Assembly (NCBI GenBank): GCA_024277025.1
Contig: JAJRWA010000024.1
Coordinates: forward strand, 1,040-65,039
Length of the DNA stretch: 64,000 nucleotides
Origin: Candidatus Krumholzibacteriota bacterium
GTDB lineage: Bacteria > Krumholzibacteriota > Krumholzibacteriia > LZORAL124-64-63
Reading direction: 5' to 3'
Part shown: positions 21,620 to 31,351 of the stretch, piece by piece
Layout of the letters: every line of letters begins with the position of its first letter
Position numbering within the stretch: position 1 is the stretch's first letter
The notes under the pieces: model-generated
Told to the model about the DNA's origin: nothing
Databases searched by the model: none
Seen by the model: only the letters and a program-made list of their open reading frames with translations
Made by a program: the position numbers and the translations under genes

Positions 21620-22503
21620 TTGGCGGCCTCCCCGGGAAAGAGAATGCCGAGCACTTCCCGATACCGCTGGTAGGTGCGCTCCAGCACGGTGTCCGGCAGG
21701 CGGGGCGGCGGGTAGTCGTGGTTCCAGTCCAGGGTTTCCAGGTGGTTGCGCAGGATCTGCTTGTCCCAGCTCTCAGGCTCCTGGCCGGGCCGGTAGCTTT
21801 CGGCCGGCCAGAAGCGGCTGCTGTCCGGCGTCAGGGCTTCGTCGATCAGCGTGATCCGGCCGTCGATGAGACCGAACTCGAACTTGGTGTCCGCCAGGAT
21901 CACCCCGCGCGGACGCGCGTAGGCCGCCGCCTCGGTGTACAGACGGAGGGAAATCTCGCGCAGGGTCACGGCGTTATCCTGCCCGACCATCTCGGCGGCC
22001 GTCTCGAAGGGGATGTTGATGTCGTGACCTTCGTCCTCTTTGGTCGCCGGCGTGAAGATGGCCGCCGGCAATTGGCCGGCCAACTGCAAGCCCTCCGGCA
22101 GACGGTGCCCGCAAACCGTGCCGTCCTCCTGGTAGCTCTTCCAGCCGGAGCCGGCGATATAGCCGCGGACCACGCACTCCACATCGAACCGCTCGGCCTT
22201 GCGCACCAGGACCGAGCGCCCACCCAGCGCGGCGGCATGGTCACTGAAAGGTGCCGGGAAACGGCTGGGGTCGGCCGTGACCACGTGGTTGGGGATGTCC
22301 GCAAAGTGATTGAACCAGGCCAGGCTCATGACGTTGAGCACAACCCCCCGGCCGGGCACGAGGTCATCCATGATGACATCGAAGGCCGAGATGCGATCGG
22401 TCGAAACGACGAGCAGTTCGTCACCGAGATCAAACATGTCCCGAACCTTGCCCTCGTACTGAGGATCAAGGCCCAGGTCCCGGGTACTACGCAACGCGCC
22501 CAT
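21601..22503 (-). CDS. purC: phosphoribosylaminoimidazolesuccinocarboxamide synthase
   Basis: YEGKVRD, STDRISAFD, ECVVRGYIAGSG, FTPATK, LADTKFEFG, LIDEALTPDSSRFW. The ORF-track call to 23619 is an upstream extension overlapping comEC. Confidence 0.96.
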   Translation of the reverse strand: MGALRSTRDLGLDPQYEGKVRDMFDLGDELLVVSTDRISAFDVIMDDLVPGRGVVLNVMSLAWFNHFADIPNHVVTADPSRFPAPFSDHAAALGGRSVLVRKAERFDVECVVRGYIAGSGWKSYQEDGTVCGHRLPEGLQLAGQLPAAIFTPATKEDEGHDINIPFETAAEMVGQDNAVTLREISLRLYTEAAAYARPRGVILADTKFEFGLIDGRITLIDEALTPDSSRFWPAESYRPGQEPESWDKQILRNHLETLDWNHDYPPPRLPDTVLERTYQRYREVLGILFPGEAAKWQQYL

Positions 22504-22615
22504 GGGACCCCCTGAATGAAGTTGTCCGGTGGCCGGATACAGCAACCGGCGTGAGCTGAGCCGCGGGCTCCGGTGCTGGCATTCCCCACGGGGCTGATTT
22601 GCCGCTTTCGGGCGC

Positions 22616-22644
22616 AGTTTAGGCACGCGCCCAGGCGGTGTCAA
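22616..22644 (-). promoter_or_regulatory. sigma-70-type promoter for purC-purH
   Basis: TTGACA, 17-bp spacer, TAAACT on the minus strand in the comEC-purC gap. Confidence 0.75.
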
Positions 22645-22658
22645 GGCGGCGCCGCCTT
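22643..22658. repeat. perfect 16-bp palindrome touching the purC -35 box
   Basis: AAGGCGGCGCCGCCTT, 13 nt past the comEC stop; could be an operator or a comEC terminator stem. Confidence 0.5.
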
Positions 22659-22670
22659 TTGCTGAAACGG

Positions 22671-25214
22671 TTACCTGCCCGTCCCCATGGCTGTCCACCA
22701 TTTCACGTCCCCGGCCGGGCCCCAGCGCAGGCGAATGCTGCCGTCCAGGTCGGTCCGCAGCACCGGCACCGTGTCGCCGTGCACCACGTACGGCCCGTGA
22801 CTGGGATGTCCGTAGCTGTTGCCCACGCCACAACTGATCAGGATCAGACGCGGCCCGAGCAGATCCAGCCAGGCCGGGGACCCCGACGTGTCGCTGCCGT
22901 GATGCCCGGCCTTCCAGACCTCGGCAGTGGCCAGGTCGGGCCGGCTGGCCAGGAGCCGTGCCTCGCCGGCCAGCTCCAGGTCGCCGCTCCAGACCATCTT
23001 GAGATCCACGCCCCGCTGCAGCGTCGTCACGAGGCTCCAGTTGTTTTCGCTGGGCGCCCCGGCTTGGCCGGCCAGTGGGTAGGCCACGCGCAAAGTCCAG
23101 TCCTGCCAGCGGTGCAGCACTTCCCCGGCCGTCGGCCGGAGTACCGCCAGGGAATCGACCGCGTCGCCCAGGGCGCGGCCCGCCCGGCCAGCGACCAGCC
23201 AGCGGCCGACCGGAAGCTTGTCGACGAGGAGCAGGGCGCCGCCGGTATGATCCCGGTGGCCGTGCGTCAGCACGACCACGTCCAGACGAGTGCGGCCCAG
23301 ACGCCCCAGGAATGGCAGCACGCTTCGGCCCAGCGGGCCGTCTGCCGGCCCGGCGGCCCGGCCGAAGCGCCCGCCCGTGTCGATCAGGGCCGACCAGCCG
23401 TCGGGAAAGACCACCAGGCCGCAATCCCCCTGGTCCACGGCGAATTGCCACACTTCCACCGGGGCGGTCCGGCCACGGCGGTTCAAGCCGGCCGGCGCGA
23501 ATACCTGGCCCAGGACAGCGGGTAGAACGAGCCAGGCCCCCAGGCCGACCAGCCACTTGTACCGCGTGTTCTTCTGTGCCTGCAGCAGGGCGATCAGGGT
23601 GCCGCTCAGCAGCAGCCAACCGGCGACCGCGCCAGGGCCCGGCACCACGAGACTGCGCGACAGCCGACCGCTACCGTCAGCAACCAGGGTCACGGCGCCG
23701 GCGATTCCCCTGAGCAGCAACCACCCCCACGCACCCAGCCACTGGCCCAAAGGCAGCCAGAACCAGCCCACGACCAGGGCCAGCACCACCGCCCATACCG
23801 CCAGACCGAACAGCGGGACGGCGATGAGGTTGGCCAACGGGGACAGCAGACTGATGCGGCCGAAGCTGGCGGCCACGACCGGCAGGGTGAACCACTGGGC
23901 GGCAAAACTCACGGCCAGCCCCCCCAGGATCAATTGGGCGGCCGGCCGCCGGGCGAAGCGCAGACCTCCGGTCACCCGACTGATCAACAGGATGCCGCCG
24001 GCCGCCAGATAGGACAGTTGCAGTCCGGTGTCGAGATTCCGGATCGGCGCCCAGATTGAGCCCAGCCAATAGAGCAGGCCGAGAGCTCGCAGGGCATCCA
24101 CACGCCGTCCGAGGGGGCGCGCCTGCGCGGCGAGCAGGCCCATTCCGCCGGCCCGCACCACCGAACCGGGCAGGCCGGTCAGCATCAGGTAAAGCGGAAC
24201 GAAGAGCCATAGAACATGGGTGGCCGCGCGGGGAGAAAGTCCGAGCCAGCGTCCCGGGAGCAGGATGATCCCGAGCAGGATGCCCACGTGCAGGCCGCTG
24301 ACGGCAAAGAGGTGGGCCAGACCCAGGCCGGCGAAAGGCGCGCTGATCGTCCGGCTTGTAGGCGACCTCGCCCCCAGCAGAACCGCCGTCGCCAGTTCTC
24401 TTTCGCGCGGCGGCAGAACGCGGCCGAGCTGCTCCATCACGCCGGTGCGGGCAGGCACCACGGTCCGGGCGCTGATCCTGGCCACCGGATCGTCAACGGT
24501 AACCAGCCGATGTTCCAGCAGCTTTCCCTGCCATCGCAGGCCACGCCCGGTCAGGTAGCGCCGGTAGTCGAAGCCGCCGGGCACCTGGGCCGCCCCCGGC
24601 ACGCGCAGCACCAGGGGCCCGGCCAGAATCTGCCCCGGATTCGGCGGACGCTCGTGGCCGCTCAGGTAGACGCCCTGGCCCGCCTCGACAGCGAGCAGCC
24701 CGGGGCCTGAAGCGCCCGGCAACTCCCAGGCCAACACGACGCCCGGTGCACTCCAGCGGTTCTGCCGCCCGGGACGCGCCCAGCCGGTCACCCGCACCAC
24801 GGCATGACCCGTGTCAGCCACCGCGACGGCGGGCAGCCAGCGCGCCGGAGCCGTCGCCGAACTGCGGGCTTGCCTGCCGGCCGCTTCGATGGCCCCGGCG
24901 GCGCCGTTGACGGCTGTGACACCGGCCCAGACCAGTACGGTTGGCAGGCCCCCGCCGGCAGCGAGCAAACCCGGCAACAAGGCCGAGGCTCGGACCAGGC
25001 TGCCGGCAGCCGACTCAGGCAGCGCCGCTGCCCAGGGGCCGAGACGCCCACCGAACCAGCCTCCGTCCGCGAAGCCCAGCATCTGGCAGGCCAGCCATAT
25101 GACCGGCCAGTGCCGCCGACTGCCGCGCAACAGTTTTGCCGGAAACGGACCTAGGTGTGTGCAGCGGAGGGCTGAAGCTGCCGGTGATCGCCGCGGCTGT
25201 TCCAGAAGTGGCAT
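22671..25214 (-). CDS. comEC: ComEC/Rec2 DNA-uptake channel (start uncertain)
   Basis: HLFAVSGLHVG competence-domain motif, multiple TM segments, metallo-beta-lactamase-like domain (VDQGDC, THGHRDHTGG, GHHGSDTS, NSYGHP). Confidence 0.92.
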   Translation of the reverse strand: MPLLEQPRRSPAASALRCTHLGPFPAKLLRGSRRHWPVIWLACQMLGFADGGWFGGRLGPWAAALPESAAGSLVRASALLPGLLAAGGGLPTVLVWAGVTAVNGAAGAIEAAGRQARSSATAPARWLPAVAVADTGHAVVRVTGWARPGRQNRWSAPGVVLAWELPGASGPGLLAVEAGQGVYLSGHERPPNPGQILAGPLVLRVPGAAQVPGGFDYRRYLTGRGLRWQGKLLEHRLVTVDDPVARISARTVVPARTGVMEQLGRVLPPRERELATAVLLGARSPTSRTISAPFAGLGLAHLFAVSGLHVGILLGIILLPGRWLGLSPRAATHVLWLFVPLYLMLTGLPGSVVRAGGMGLLAAQARPLGRRVDALRALGLLYWLGSIWAPIRNLDTGLQLSYLAAGGILLISRVTGGLRFARRPAAQLILGGLAVSFAAQWFTLPVVAASFGRISLLSPLANLIAVPLFGLAVWAVVLALVVGWFWLPLGQWLGAWGWLLLRGIAGAVTLVADGSGRLSRSLVVPGPGAVAGWLLLSGTLIALLQAQKNTRYKWLVGLGAWLVLPAVLGQVFAPAGLNRRGRTAPVEVWQFAVDQGDCGLVVFPDGWSALIDTGGRFGRAAGPADGPLGRSVLPFLGRLGRTRLDVVVLTHGHRDHTGGALLLVDKLPVGRWLVAGRAGRALGDAVDSLAVLRPTAGEVLHRWQDWTLRVAYPLAGQAGAPSENNWSLVTTLQRGVDLKMVWSGDLELAGEARLLASRPDLATAEVWKAGHHGSDTSGSPAWLDLLGPRLILISCGVGNSYGHPSHGPYVVHGDTVPVLRTDLDGSIRLRWGPAGDVKWWTAMGTGR

Positions 25215-26590
25215 TGGTTCCGGCCCAGGTCCTTCGACAGGTAGAGCATGGCGTCGGCCTTGCGGTACAGTTCAAAAGCATCGGCGCCGGCATCCGGGAA
25301 CGTCACCGCGCCGTAGCTGAACGTCACCCGCAGCTCGATGACCTGATTGTCGTGCACGACTTCCTCGGTGTAGGCTGCGTCCAGCAGGCGGGCGGCGACT
25401 TCCTGTCCGGCTTCCTGATCGGTATCCGGCAGGATGAAGGCGAACTCCTCGCCGCCGATCCGGCAGATGTGGTCGATGCGTCGCAATTCCTCCTGCACAC
25501 GCCGGGCCACCATCTGCAGAATGCGGTCGCCGACCTGGTGGCCGAAGTTGTCGTTGACCTGTTTGAAATTGTCCAAATCGGCCATGATCAGGGTCAGCGG
25601 CCCATCCGAGCGGCGGGCCCTTTCCAGTTCCATCGTGAATTGCTTGTCGAAATAGGCCCGATTGAAGGCGCCGGTCAAACTGTCGGTATGAATCCGCTGG
25701 TTGACCTCCCACTGATGCTGCCAACGCCGGGTGACAAAGCGGGTGAGGCGATCGGCCAGGCGCAGCAGGGCCTCGCGCCCCCACTCGTCGCGGGCCACCA
25801 CAAAGAGCAGGCCCACTTCGCGTGCCTTGTGGTCGCGGCCGAGGGTGAGGTCAGGCTCACACAGTGGCACGGCGACGGCTGAGGTGGCGGCGAACGGGTC
25901 GCCGCTCTCCGCCCGCATCGCGGCCACGATCGGCCGGGGCAATTCCGCCGGCGCAGGAATCCAGACGGACTGGCCTTCGCCCCGCAGGGACAGCCAGTGC
26001 GCCGCCGCGTCGGCGGGCTCGGCGGCAAAAATACCGGCGGAGGATTCCGGCAGGTCGCCTTCCTCATCCAACAGGACAAAGAGGCGGAATTGGGGGGTGA
26101 ATTTGCCCAACAGGCGCAGAATACCGGACAAGACAACCGCCTTCTCGCCACTCTGGGGATCGCCGATTTCCAGATCCTGCGCGTCCTCCATGGCGCCGAG
26201 CATCCCGGCAAAGCCCTTCAGGCCGGGCGGGATCGCCACGTCAGGCTGGGGGTTCGTGATGGTGCGGCCCAGCGGCCGCAGTTCAGCCGGAAGTCTGATC
26301 GCGATGGATTCGCCACCCAGCACGCCGATGTCCACCACCCGGTTCGTCCCCTTGAGCAAGCACAAGGATTCAGGGGACGCCTCGCCGGGGGTGCTTTCCT
26401 CGACCGCAACCCGCAACAGGTCGCCTCGCCGCTGAAGTTCTCCGACCACGGCGCGGGCCACCAGCAGCAGGCGCTCCGGCTCGTCCGCGCGCAAGGCCCG
26501 GCGTGCTGCCTGGCGCAGATGCGGACCCACCCGTTCCAGCGGAAGTTCAACCGCCAGAAGGTTTCGCAATGCCTGCTGCTTTGGGGCCAT
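25151..26590 (-). CDS. cytoplasmic diguanylate cyclase (GGDEF domain, probable GAF-like N-terminus)
   Basis: TDSLTGAFNR, DLDNFKQVNDNFGHQVGD, RRID inhibitory site and RIGGEEF; no TM segment seen. Confidence 0.92.
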   Translation of the reverse strand: MAPKQQALRNLLAVELPLERVGPHLRQAARRALRADEPERLLLVARAVVGELQRRGDLLRVAVEESTPGEASPESLCLLKGTNRVVDIGVLGGESIAIRLPAELRPLGRTITNPQPDVAIPPGLKGFAGMLGAMEDAQDLEIGDPQSGEKAVVLSGILRLLGKFTPQFRLFVLLDEEGDLPESSAGIFAAEPADAAAHWLSLRGEGQSVWIPAPAELPRPIVAAMRAESGDPFAATSAVAVPLCEPDLTLGRDHKAREVGLLFVVARDEWGREALLRLADRLTRFVTRRWQHQWEVNQRIHTDSLTGAFNRAYFDKQFTMELERARRSDGPLTLIMADLDNFKQVNDNFGHQVGDRILQMVARRVQEELRRIDHICRIGGEEFAFILPDTDQEAGQEVAARLLDAAYTEEVVHDNQVIELRVTFSYGAVTFPDAGADAFELYRKADAMLYLSKDLGRNQCHFWNSRGDHRQLQPSAAHT

Positions 26591-26687
26591 GGCTCCTCAG
26601 ATTCGCGGTAACTGCGCTGAAGGGTGATTCAGCGTCACCCGGCCGTGCCGCCTTTCGGGGTGTCGCTTACTTGAGTAATTATGACAT

Positions 26688-26716
26688 ATTATACTTATTT
26701 TTTCAAGAAATGACAT
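26688..26716 (-). promoter_or_regulatory. sigma-70-type promoter for the GGDEF gene
   Basis: ATGTCA, 17 bp, TATAAT on the minus strand within an AT-rich divergent intergenic region. Confidence 0.55.
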
Positions 26717-26724
26717 TGGTGATT

Positions 26725-26740
26725 CGGCCCCGATTTTGCT
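26725..26740 (+). promoter_or_regulatory. weak sigma-54 promoter candidate for the LysM transglycosylase
   Basis: CGGCCCCGATTTTGCT fits GG-N10-GC with a perfect TTGCT, but the -24 half is only partly consensus. Confidence 0.25.
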
Positions 26741-26855
26741 ATTTTTAGCCGGACAGAGCCGCAAGCTTATGATTCGGCTCCCGAATTAGCCTTTAGAACA
26801 GTGGGTCTACCCATTGATTCCACTAAATATTCCGCCAATCAAGGTAGAGTCACGG

Positions 26856-28601
26856 ATGACAACACCAAGGATCCCAATGCGATACGTTTTCAGTGGCCTT
26901 CTGCTGACCCTGCTTGGGGTCAGCGGCGCCGGGTGCTCCCTGTTTTCCGCGGCGCCGGGCAGCCAGACAGTGACCGACCAGATCCCGGCCACCACTGAAG
27001 ACACCGGCGGTCCCGGCATCAGCCCCTACGCCGCTGAAGCCGACACAATCCCGGAAATCCTGCTTGCCGAGCGCCCGGGGCCGGTGGCACTGCCGGTTTC
27101 GCCGGCGGGCTACGCGAGCCTGGCTGATCTGGAGGACATTTACCAGGTCGCGCTCGGTCTGGCCGCCGAGGGCAGGGTGAGCGAGACGGAAGACCACCTG
27201 TTCATCCTGCGGGACCAGGCGGCTCTGCCGGTGCCGGCCGGCGCCGATTCCGCCTACGTGGCCCACCGCACCAGCCTCGACCGCCGGGCCCTGATGCTCG
27301 GGGCCATCCTGACCGAACAGGTGTCGTTCAACCGCACGCCGGATCAGGCCGATTCCATGCTGACCGCCGGCTACGCCCGTCTGCAGCGCGACGGTTTTCC
27401 CGACTCGCTGGTGCCGGCCACCGGCGTGACCCTGTCCGGGATCACGGCGGATCTGATGAAGATCGACAACAAGGCCGTCCGGCGCTGGGAAGACTACTTC
27501 ACCGGACGCGGCCGCAAGAGCTTCCAGACCTGGCTTGACCGCAAGGCGGCGGCGGACTCCCTGATCAGCAGCATCCTGGCCGAGGCCGGTCTGCCCCGCG
27601 AGTTGATCTACCTGTCGATGATCGAGAGCGGCTTCAGTTCGCGGGCGGTCTCGAGTGCCAGTGCCGTTGGCCCCTGGCAGTTCATGGCCGGCACCGCCAG
27701 GGACTACAAGCTGCGCCGCAGTTGGTGGCTGGACGAGCGGCGCGATCTGGAGATGTCGACCCGGGCGGCCGCGAAATACCTCAGCGACCTGCACCGGCAG
27801 TTCAATGACTGGGCCCTGGTCCTGGCGGCGTACAACACGGGCAGTGGCCGGATCGCCCGCAAGATCCGCCAGCACGGGCACGACAATTTCTGGGACATGC
27901 GACTGCCCAGCCAGACCACGGCCCACATCCCGAAATTCATTGCCGCGGCCCGCATCGGCGAACACCCCGAGTTGTATGGCTTCCAGGTGAATGAGATCCC
28001 GGCCACGGCGTACGACGTGCTGCCGGTGGACGATGCCACGGATCTGGCCCTGGTCGCCCGTTGTGCCGGCGTCGAGACGGGCGTGGTCAAGGCCTTGAAT
28101 CCGGCGCTGTTGCGCGGAGCTTCACCACCGGATCTGAAGAACTATCCGGTGCGGGTCCCGGCCGGGACCGGCAGCAAGGCGCGCCGCGCCCTGGCCCGCG
28201 TACCGCGGGACAAGCGCCTCACCTGGCGCCGGCACAAGGTGCAGCGCGGCGAGACTCTGGGCGCGATCGCCAGCTCGTACGGAACGTCGGTCAGCGATAT
28301 CGCGCGGCTGAACAAACTGCAGAATGTGCACACCATCCATCCCGGGGACCAACTGCTGATTCCGATGCCCGCCGAGTTGGCCAGCAAGGCCCGCAAACGG
28401 GCGGCCGAGAAGGGCCACTATGTGCCGCCGGCCGGCTACGAACGGGTGAGCTACAAGGTGAAATCGGGCGACACCCTGGGAGGCATCGCCCGCAAACTTG
28501 GTGTATCGCTGACCCATCTGCGCAAGGTGAACAACATCCACCGCACGAATCTCATCCGGCCGGGGCAGCGCCTGTACGCCTATCGGCCCGGGACTTCCTA
28601 G
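26856..28601 (+). CDS. MltD-like membrane-bound lytic transglycosylase lipoprotein (SLT plus LysM domains)
   Basis: Lipobox-like GAGC; MIESGF, AVGPWQF, LAAYNTG, QTTAHIPK; LysM motifs VQRGETLGAIA and VKSGDTLGGIA. Confidence 0.9.
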   Translation: MTTPRIPMRYVFSGLLLTLLGVSGAGCSLFSAAPGSQTVTDQIPATTEDTGGPGISPYAAEADTIPEILLAERPGPVALPVSPAGYASLADLEDIYQVALGLAAEGRVSETEDHLFILRDQAALPVPAGADSAYVAHRTSLDRRALMLGAILTEQVSFNRTPDQADSMLTAGYARLQRDGFPDSLVPATGVTLSGITADLMKIDNKAVRRWEDYFTGRGRKSFQTWLDRKAAADSLISSILAEAGLPRELIYLSMIESGFSSRAVSSASAVGPWQFMAGTARDYKLRRSWWLDERRDLEMSTRAAAKYLSDLHRQFNDWALVLAAYNTGSGRIARKIRQHGHDNFWDMRLPSQTTAHIPKFIAAARIGEHPELYGFQVNEIPATAYDVLPVDDATDLALVARCAGVETGVVKALNPALLRGASPPDLKNYPVRVPAGTGSKARRALARVPRDKRLTWRRHKVQRGETLGAIASSYGTSVSDIARLNKLQNVHTIHPGDQLLIPMPAELASKARKRAAEKGHYVPPAGYERVSYKVKSGDTLGGIARKLGVSLTHLRKVNNIHRTNLIRPGQRLYAYRPGTS

Positions 28602-28611
28602 CGGCGACTGT

Positions 28612-29679
28612 CTAGAAGCGGAACGACAGACTGATCCGATGGGTGACTTCGTCGATATCGAGGGAATCACCCGCGTAGGCGTAGTCCACGGTAAGGGGAT
28701 TGACCCGGAAGCCGGCCCCGGCCGTCAGGTTGCCCGCCGAGAAACCGCTGTCATACCCACCCCGCAAGAAGACCTTGTGGCTGAAGCCGATTTCAAGGCC
28801 CACGTGCGCATTGGCGCTGAACGAGCCCGACGAGTACTGGTCCGCATCGCCCCGGTTGTCGAACCGGGATTCCAGGGAGCCGGCCAGGGTGAAGTCCATG
28901 TTCCAGTCCGGCACGGGCTGCCGCCAGGCCACGGCCGGTACGATGGCGGGTGTGATCAGTTCGTTGCGGCCTGTGCTCCAACTGAGATAGGTCGTTGTCA
29001 GGTCCTGGAACTTGATGCCGAAATCCAGCTGGCGCCAAACGCGGGGCCGCAGGAAGGCCACATCCGCGCCCACCCCCAGACTTGAATACTGGCCAATGCT
29101 CTGCCGGATGAACTTGACCGAACCGCCCACCTGCCAGGCGCCAAGCCTTTCACCATAGGAAAACATCAGGGCCAGTTCCTGGTCGCTCTTGTAGATGATG
29201 TCGTCCTGCAGATCAAGCAGGCCGACGATTTCATCACCGTCCACCACGCCGTCGCCATTGGTATCCAACTGGTCGGTCAACTGCTCGGTAAACGGAATGT
29301 CGTCGACGCCCAACCGGATCACGCTGAGCCCGATGCCGCTGTCCGCGCCGCCAAAGATGTTCCAATCGACGGGCTGGGTATAGGAAACGAAATCCCGGTC
29401 GATCAGGTCCCCGAAGCGCTCGGAGTGCATCAGGAGAATCTCCTTCTGTCCTAGGTTCGCCAGCCCGGCCGGATTCCAGAAGGTGGCGGAAGGGTCGTCG
29501 GCCACCGCAGTGAAGGCGCCGCCCATGCCCAGGGCCCGCGCGCCGCCGCCGTTTTCCATGAAAGCACCGGCATACTTGGTGGCCTGGGCCGATCCGGCCA
29601 GACACACAAAAACAAGGGCCAGGATGATAGCACCCGGCACCTGGCCGCCACCCGCAGGTCGCACCCGCTTCAACTGCAT
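28612..29679 (-). CDS. PorV/PorQ-family outer-membrane beta-barrel protein
   Basis: Signal peptide; GARALGMGGAFTAVADDPSATFWNPAGL; amphipathic strands; C-terminal HRISLSFRF. Confidence 0.85.
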   Translation of the reverse strand: MQLKRVRPAGGGQVPGAIILALVFVCLAGSAQATKYAGAFMENGGGARALGMGGAFTAVADDPSATFWNPAGLANLGQKEILLMHSERFGDLIDRDFVSYTQPVDWNIFGGADSGIGLSVIRLGVDDIPFTEQLTDQLDTNGDGVVDGDEIVGLLDLQDDIIYKSDQELALMFSYGERLGAWQVGGSVKFIRQSIGQYSSLGVGADVAFLRPRVWRQLDFGIKFQDLTTTYLSWSTGRNELITPAIVPAVAWRQPVPDWNMDFTLAGSLESRFDNRGDADQYSSGSFSANAHVGLEIGFSHKVFLRGGYDSGFSAGNLTAGAGFRVNPLTVDYAYAGDSLDIDEVTHRISLSFRF

Positions 29680-29736
29680 GTTTGCCTCGCTAACCAGGGG
29701 TAAGGTCGGAGAGTGGATTTCGTGCAACTGACGTCT

Positions 29737-29765
29737 ATTATACGACATTTTCGACTTCCTGGAAA
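29737..29765 (-). promoter_or_regulatory. sigma-70-type promoter for the PorV-family gene
   Basis: TTTCCA, 17 bp, TATAAT on the minus strand about 60 nt upstream of the ATG. Confidence 0.6.
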
Positions 29766-29809
29766 GCCCCCAGACACCCCAATCGGCCGCTCGGGGGAAC
29801 ACCCATTCA

Positions 29810-31315
29810 TCAAATCCCGTAGAGCTTGATCTTCCGATACAGGGTCCGCTCACTGATTCCCAGCCTATCGGCCGCCAGACGTCGATTACCGTCCGCGGCC
29901 TCCAATGCGGCCTTGATCAGGGCGCGCTCGGCTGTTTGCAGATCCCCGGTCTGGGCTTCCGGCAACGGCCCATAACTGTCGTCTGACGAAAACGTTTCCA
30001 CCACGGAGCCGGCGTGCCCCACCCGATCACGGTTCCCCGGCCACTGGGCCCCGCCGGTCAACAGGGCCTTGATTTCCTTGATGTCCTGCCTCAACTCCAG
30101 CAGGGTCCCGGCCAAGACGCCCAGGTCCAGCCCGGGACCGGTCACCGGATCCAGCGCCACCGGCAGATAACTGGCTGGGGCCCCTGTGTTCCCGTACCGC
30201 AATTCGGCCGGCAGGTCCTCCAGTTCTATCATGCCCCTTTGCTTGAGCACAACGATGCTGCTGATGGTATTGCGCAGCTCTCGCACGTTGCCGGGCCAGT
30301 CGTACTCGACGAAAACCTGTTCGACCGCGCGGCTCAGACCCTTGACCCGCAGTTCGTAGCGCTGGTTCTCCTGCTCCAGAAAAGCGGCCGCAAGCAGGGG
30401 GATGTCCTCGCGCCGGTCCCGCAGGGGCGGCACCTTGATCACCACGACTTTCAGCCGGTAGAAGAGGTCCTGGCGAAACCGGCCGCGACTGACGTCCTCG
30501 CTCAGATCCCGGTGGGTCGCCGCCACCAGCCGGATGTCGCTCTTCTCGACCTGCCGGCCCCCGACGGGCGTGAACTCACCGGTCTCCAGGGTCCGCAGGA
30601 AGCGCGTCTGCATGCCCAGCGGCATTTCGGCCACCTCGTCCAGGAAGAGTGTACCGCCATCGGCCCGCTTGAATACGCCTTCGTGGCTGGCGATAGCGCC
30701 GGTGAAGGCGCCCTTGGCGTGGCCGAAGAGTTCACTCTCCAGCACACCTTCAGTCATGGCCCCGCAATTGATGCTGATGAACGGCCCGTCCGAGCGCCGG
30801 CTCGTATCGTGGATGGCCTGGGCGACCAACTCCTTGCCCGACCCGCTTTCGCCCTGAATCAGAACGTTCACATCGAGCGGAGCCGCGTGGGCGATCAGGG
30901 AAAGCATTTCCACCACGGCGCGGCTGCGCCCGACGATGCCGCTGCGCTCCCGCACCCGCCGCAGCCGCAGCTTGCGCGCCACGGTCTGCCGGATTTCTTC
31001 AGGATCCGTATCCAGCGGCAACGCGGTGATAACGGCCTCGCCAGACTCCAGGGCGGAAATCTCCGGAACACATTCGGCGGGCCCCACCACCACCAGATCC
31101 GCGTCCGACTTCATGGACAGGAACTTGCGCACGACGTGTTTGTAGCGCGGATAGTCCCGGGTGTCGAACAGAAAGACAGCCGACTCGCCCAGGCTGATAC
31201 GAGCCAGGGCCTCGGACGGCGAGTCGAAGAGAAAGAGCTCGACATCCGGCAGATCCCAGTCGGCTGCCGCGCCATAAAGCCGATGGCGGCGACTCAACAA
31301 GACTACTGAACGCAA
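29810..31315 (-). CDS. sigma-54-dependent transcriptional activator with atypical N-terminal domain
   Basis: GESGSGKE, ESELFGHAKGAFTGA, LFLDEV, WPGNVREL, Fis-type HTH. TTG at 31315 with GGGAGG upstream. Confidence 0.9.
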   Translation of the reverse strand: MRSVVLLSRRHRLYGAAADWDLPDVELFLFDSPSEALARISLGESAVFLFDTRDYPRYKHVVRKFLSMKSDADLVVVGPAECVPEISALESGEAVITALPLDTDPEEIRQTVARKLRLRRVRERSGIVGRSRAVVEMLSLIAHAAPLDVNVLIQGESGSGKELVAQAIHDTSRRSDGPFISINCGAMTEGVLESELFGHAKGAFTGAIASHEGVFKRADGGTLFLDEVAEMPLGMQTRFLRTLETGEFTPVGGRQVEKSDIRLVAATHRDLSEDVSRGRFRQDLFYRLKVVVIKVPPLRDRREDIPLLAAAFLEQENQRYELRVKGLSRAVEQVFVEYDWPGNVRELRNTISSIVVLKQRGMIELEDLPAELRYGNTGAPASYLPVALDPVTGPGLDLGVLAGTLLELRQDIKEIKALLTGGAQWPGNRDRVGHAGSVVETFSSDDSYGPLPEAQTGDLQTAERALIKAALEAADGNRRLAADRLGISERTLYRKIKLYGI

Positions 31316-31351
31316 CTGACATTCCCTCCCGATGCGGTGATTTCCGACACC

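Noticed and set aside
22530-22590. SAM-I-like CAGCAACC...GGTGCT...TTCC on the plus strand
   Set aside because: Wrong orientation for purC, and P1/P2 elements are missing.
22622-22720. ZTP-riboswitch-like fragments (GTGG-ACAG-CCAT-GGGGA and CCGCCTGGGC) upstream of purC-purH
   Set aside because: The conserved GACUGGCG pseudoknot strand is absent, the 5' piece lies inside comEC coding sequence, and CCGCCTGGGC is the spacer of the promoter, upstream of the predicted start site.
22504-23619. 371-aa N-terminal extension of purC in the ORF track
   Set aside because: It overlaps comEC in another frame, is low-complexity Arg/Gly/Pro, and spans the purC promoter.
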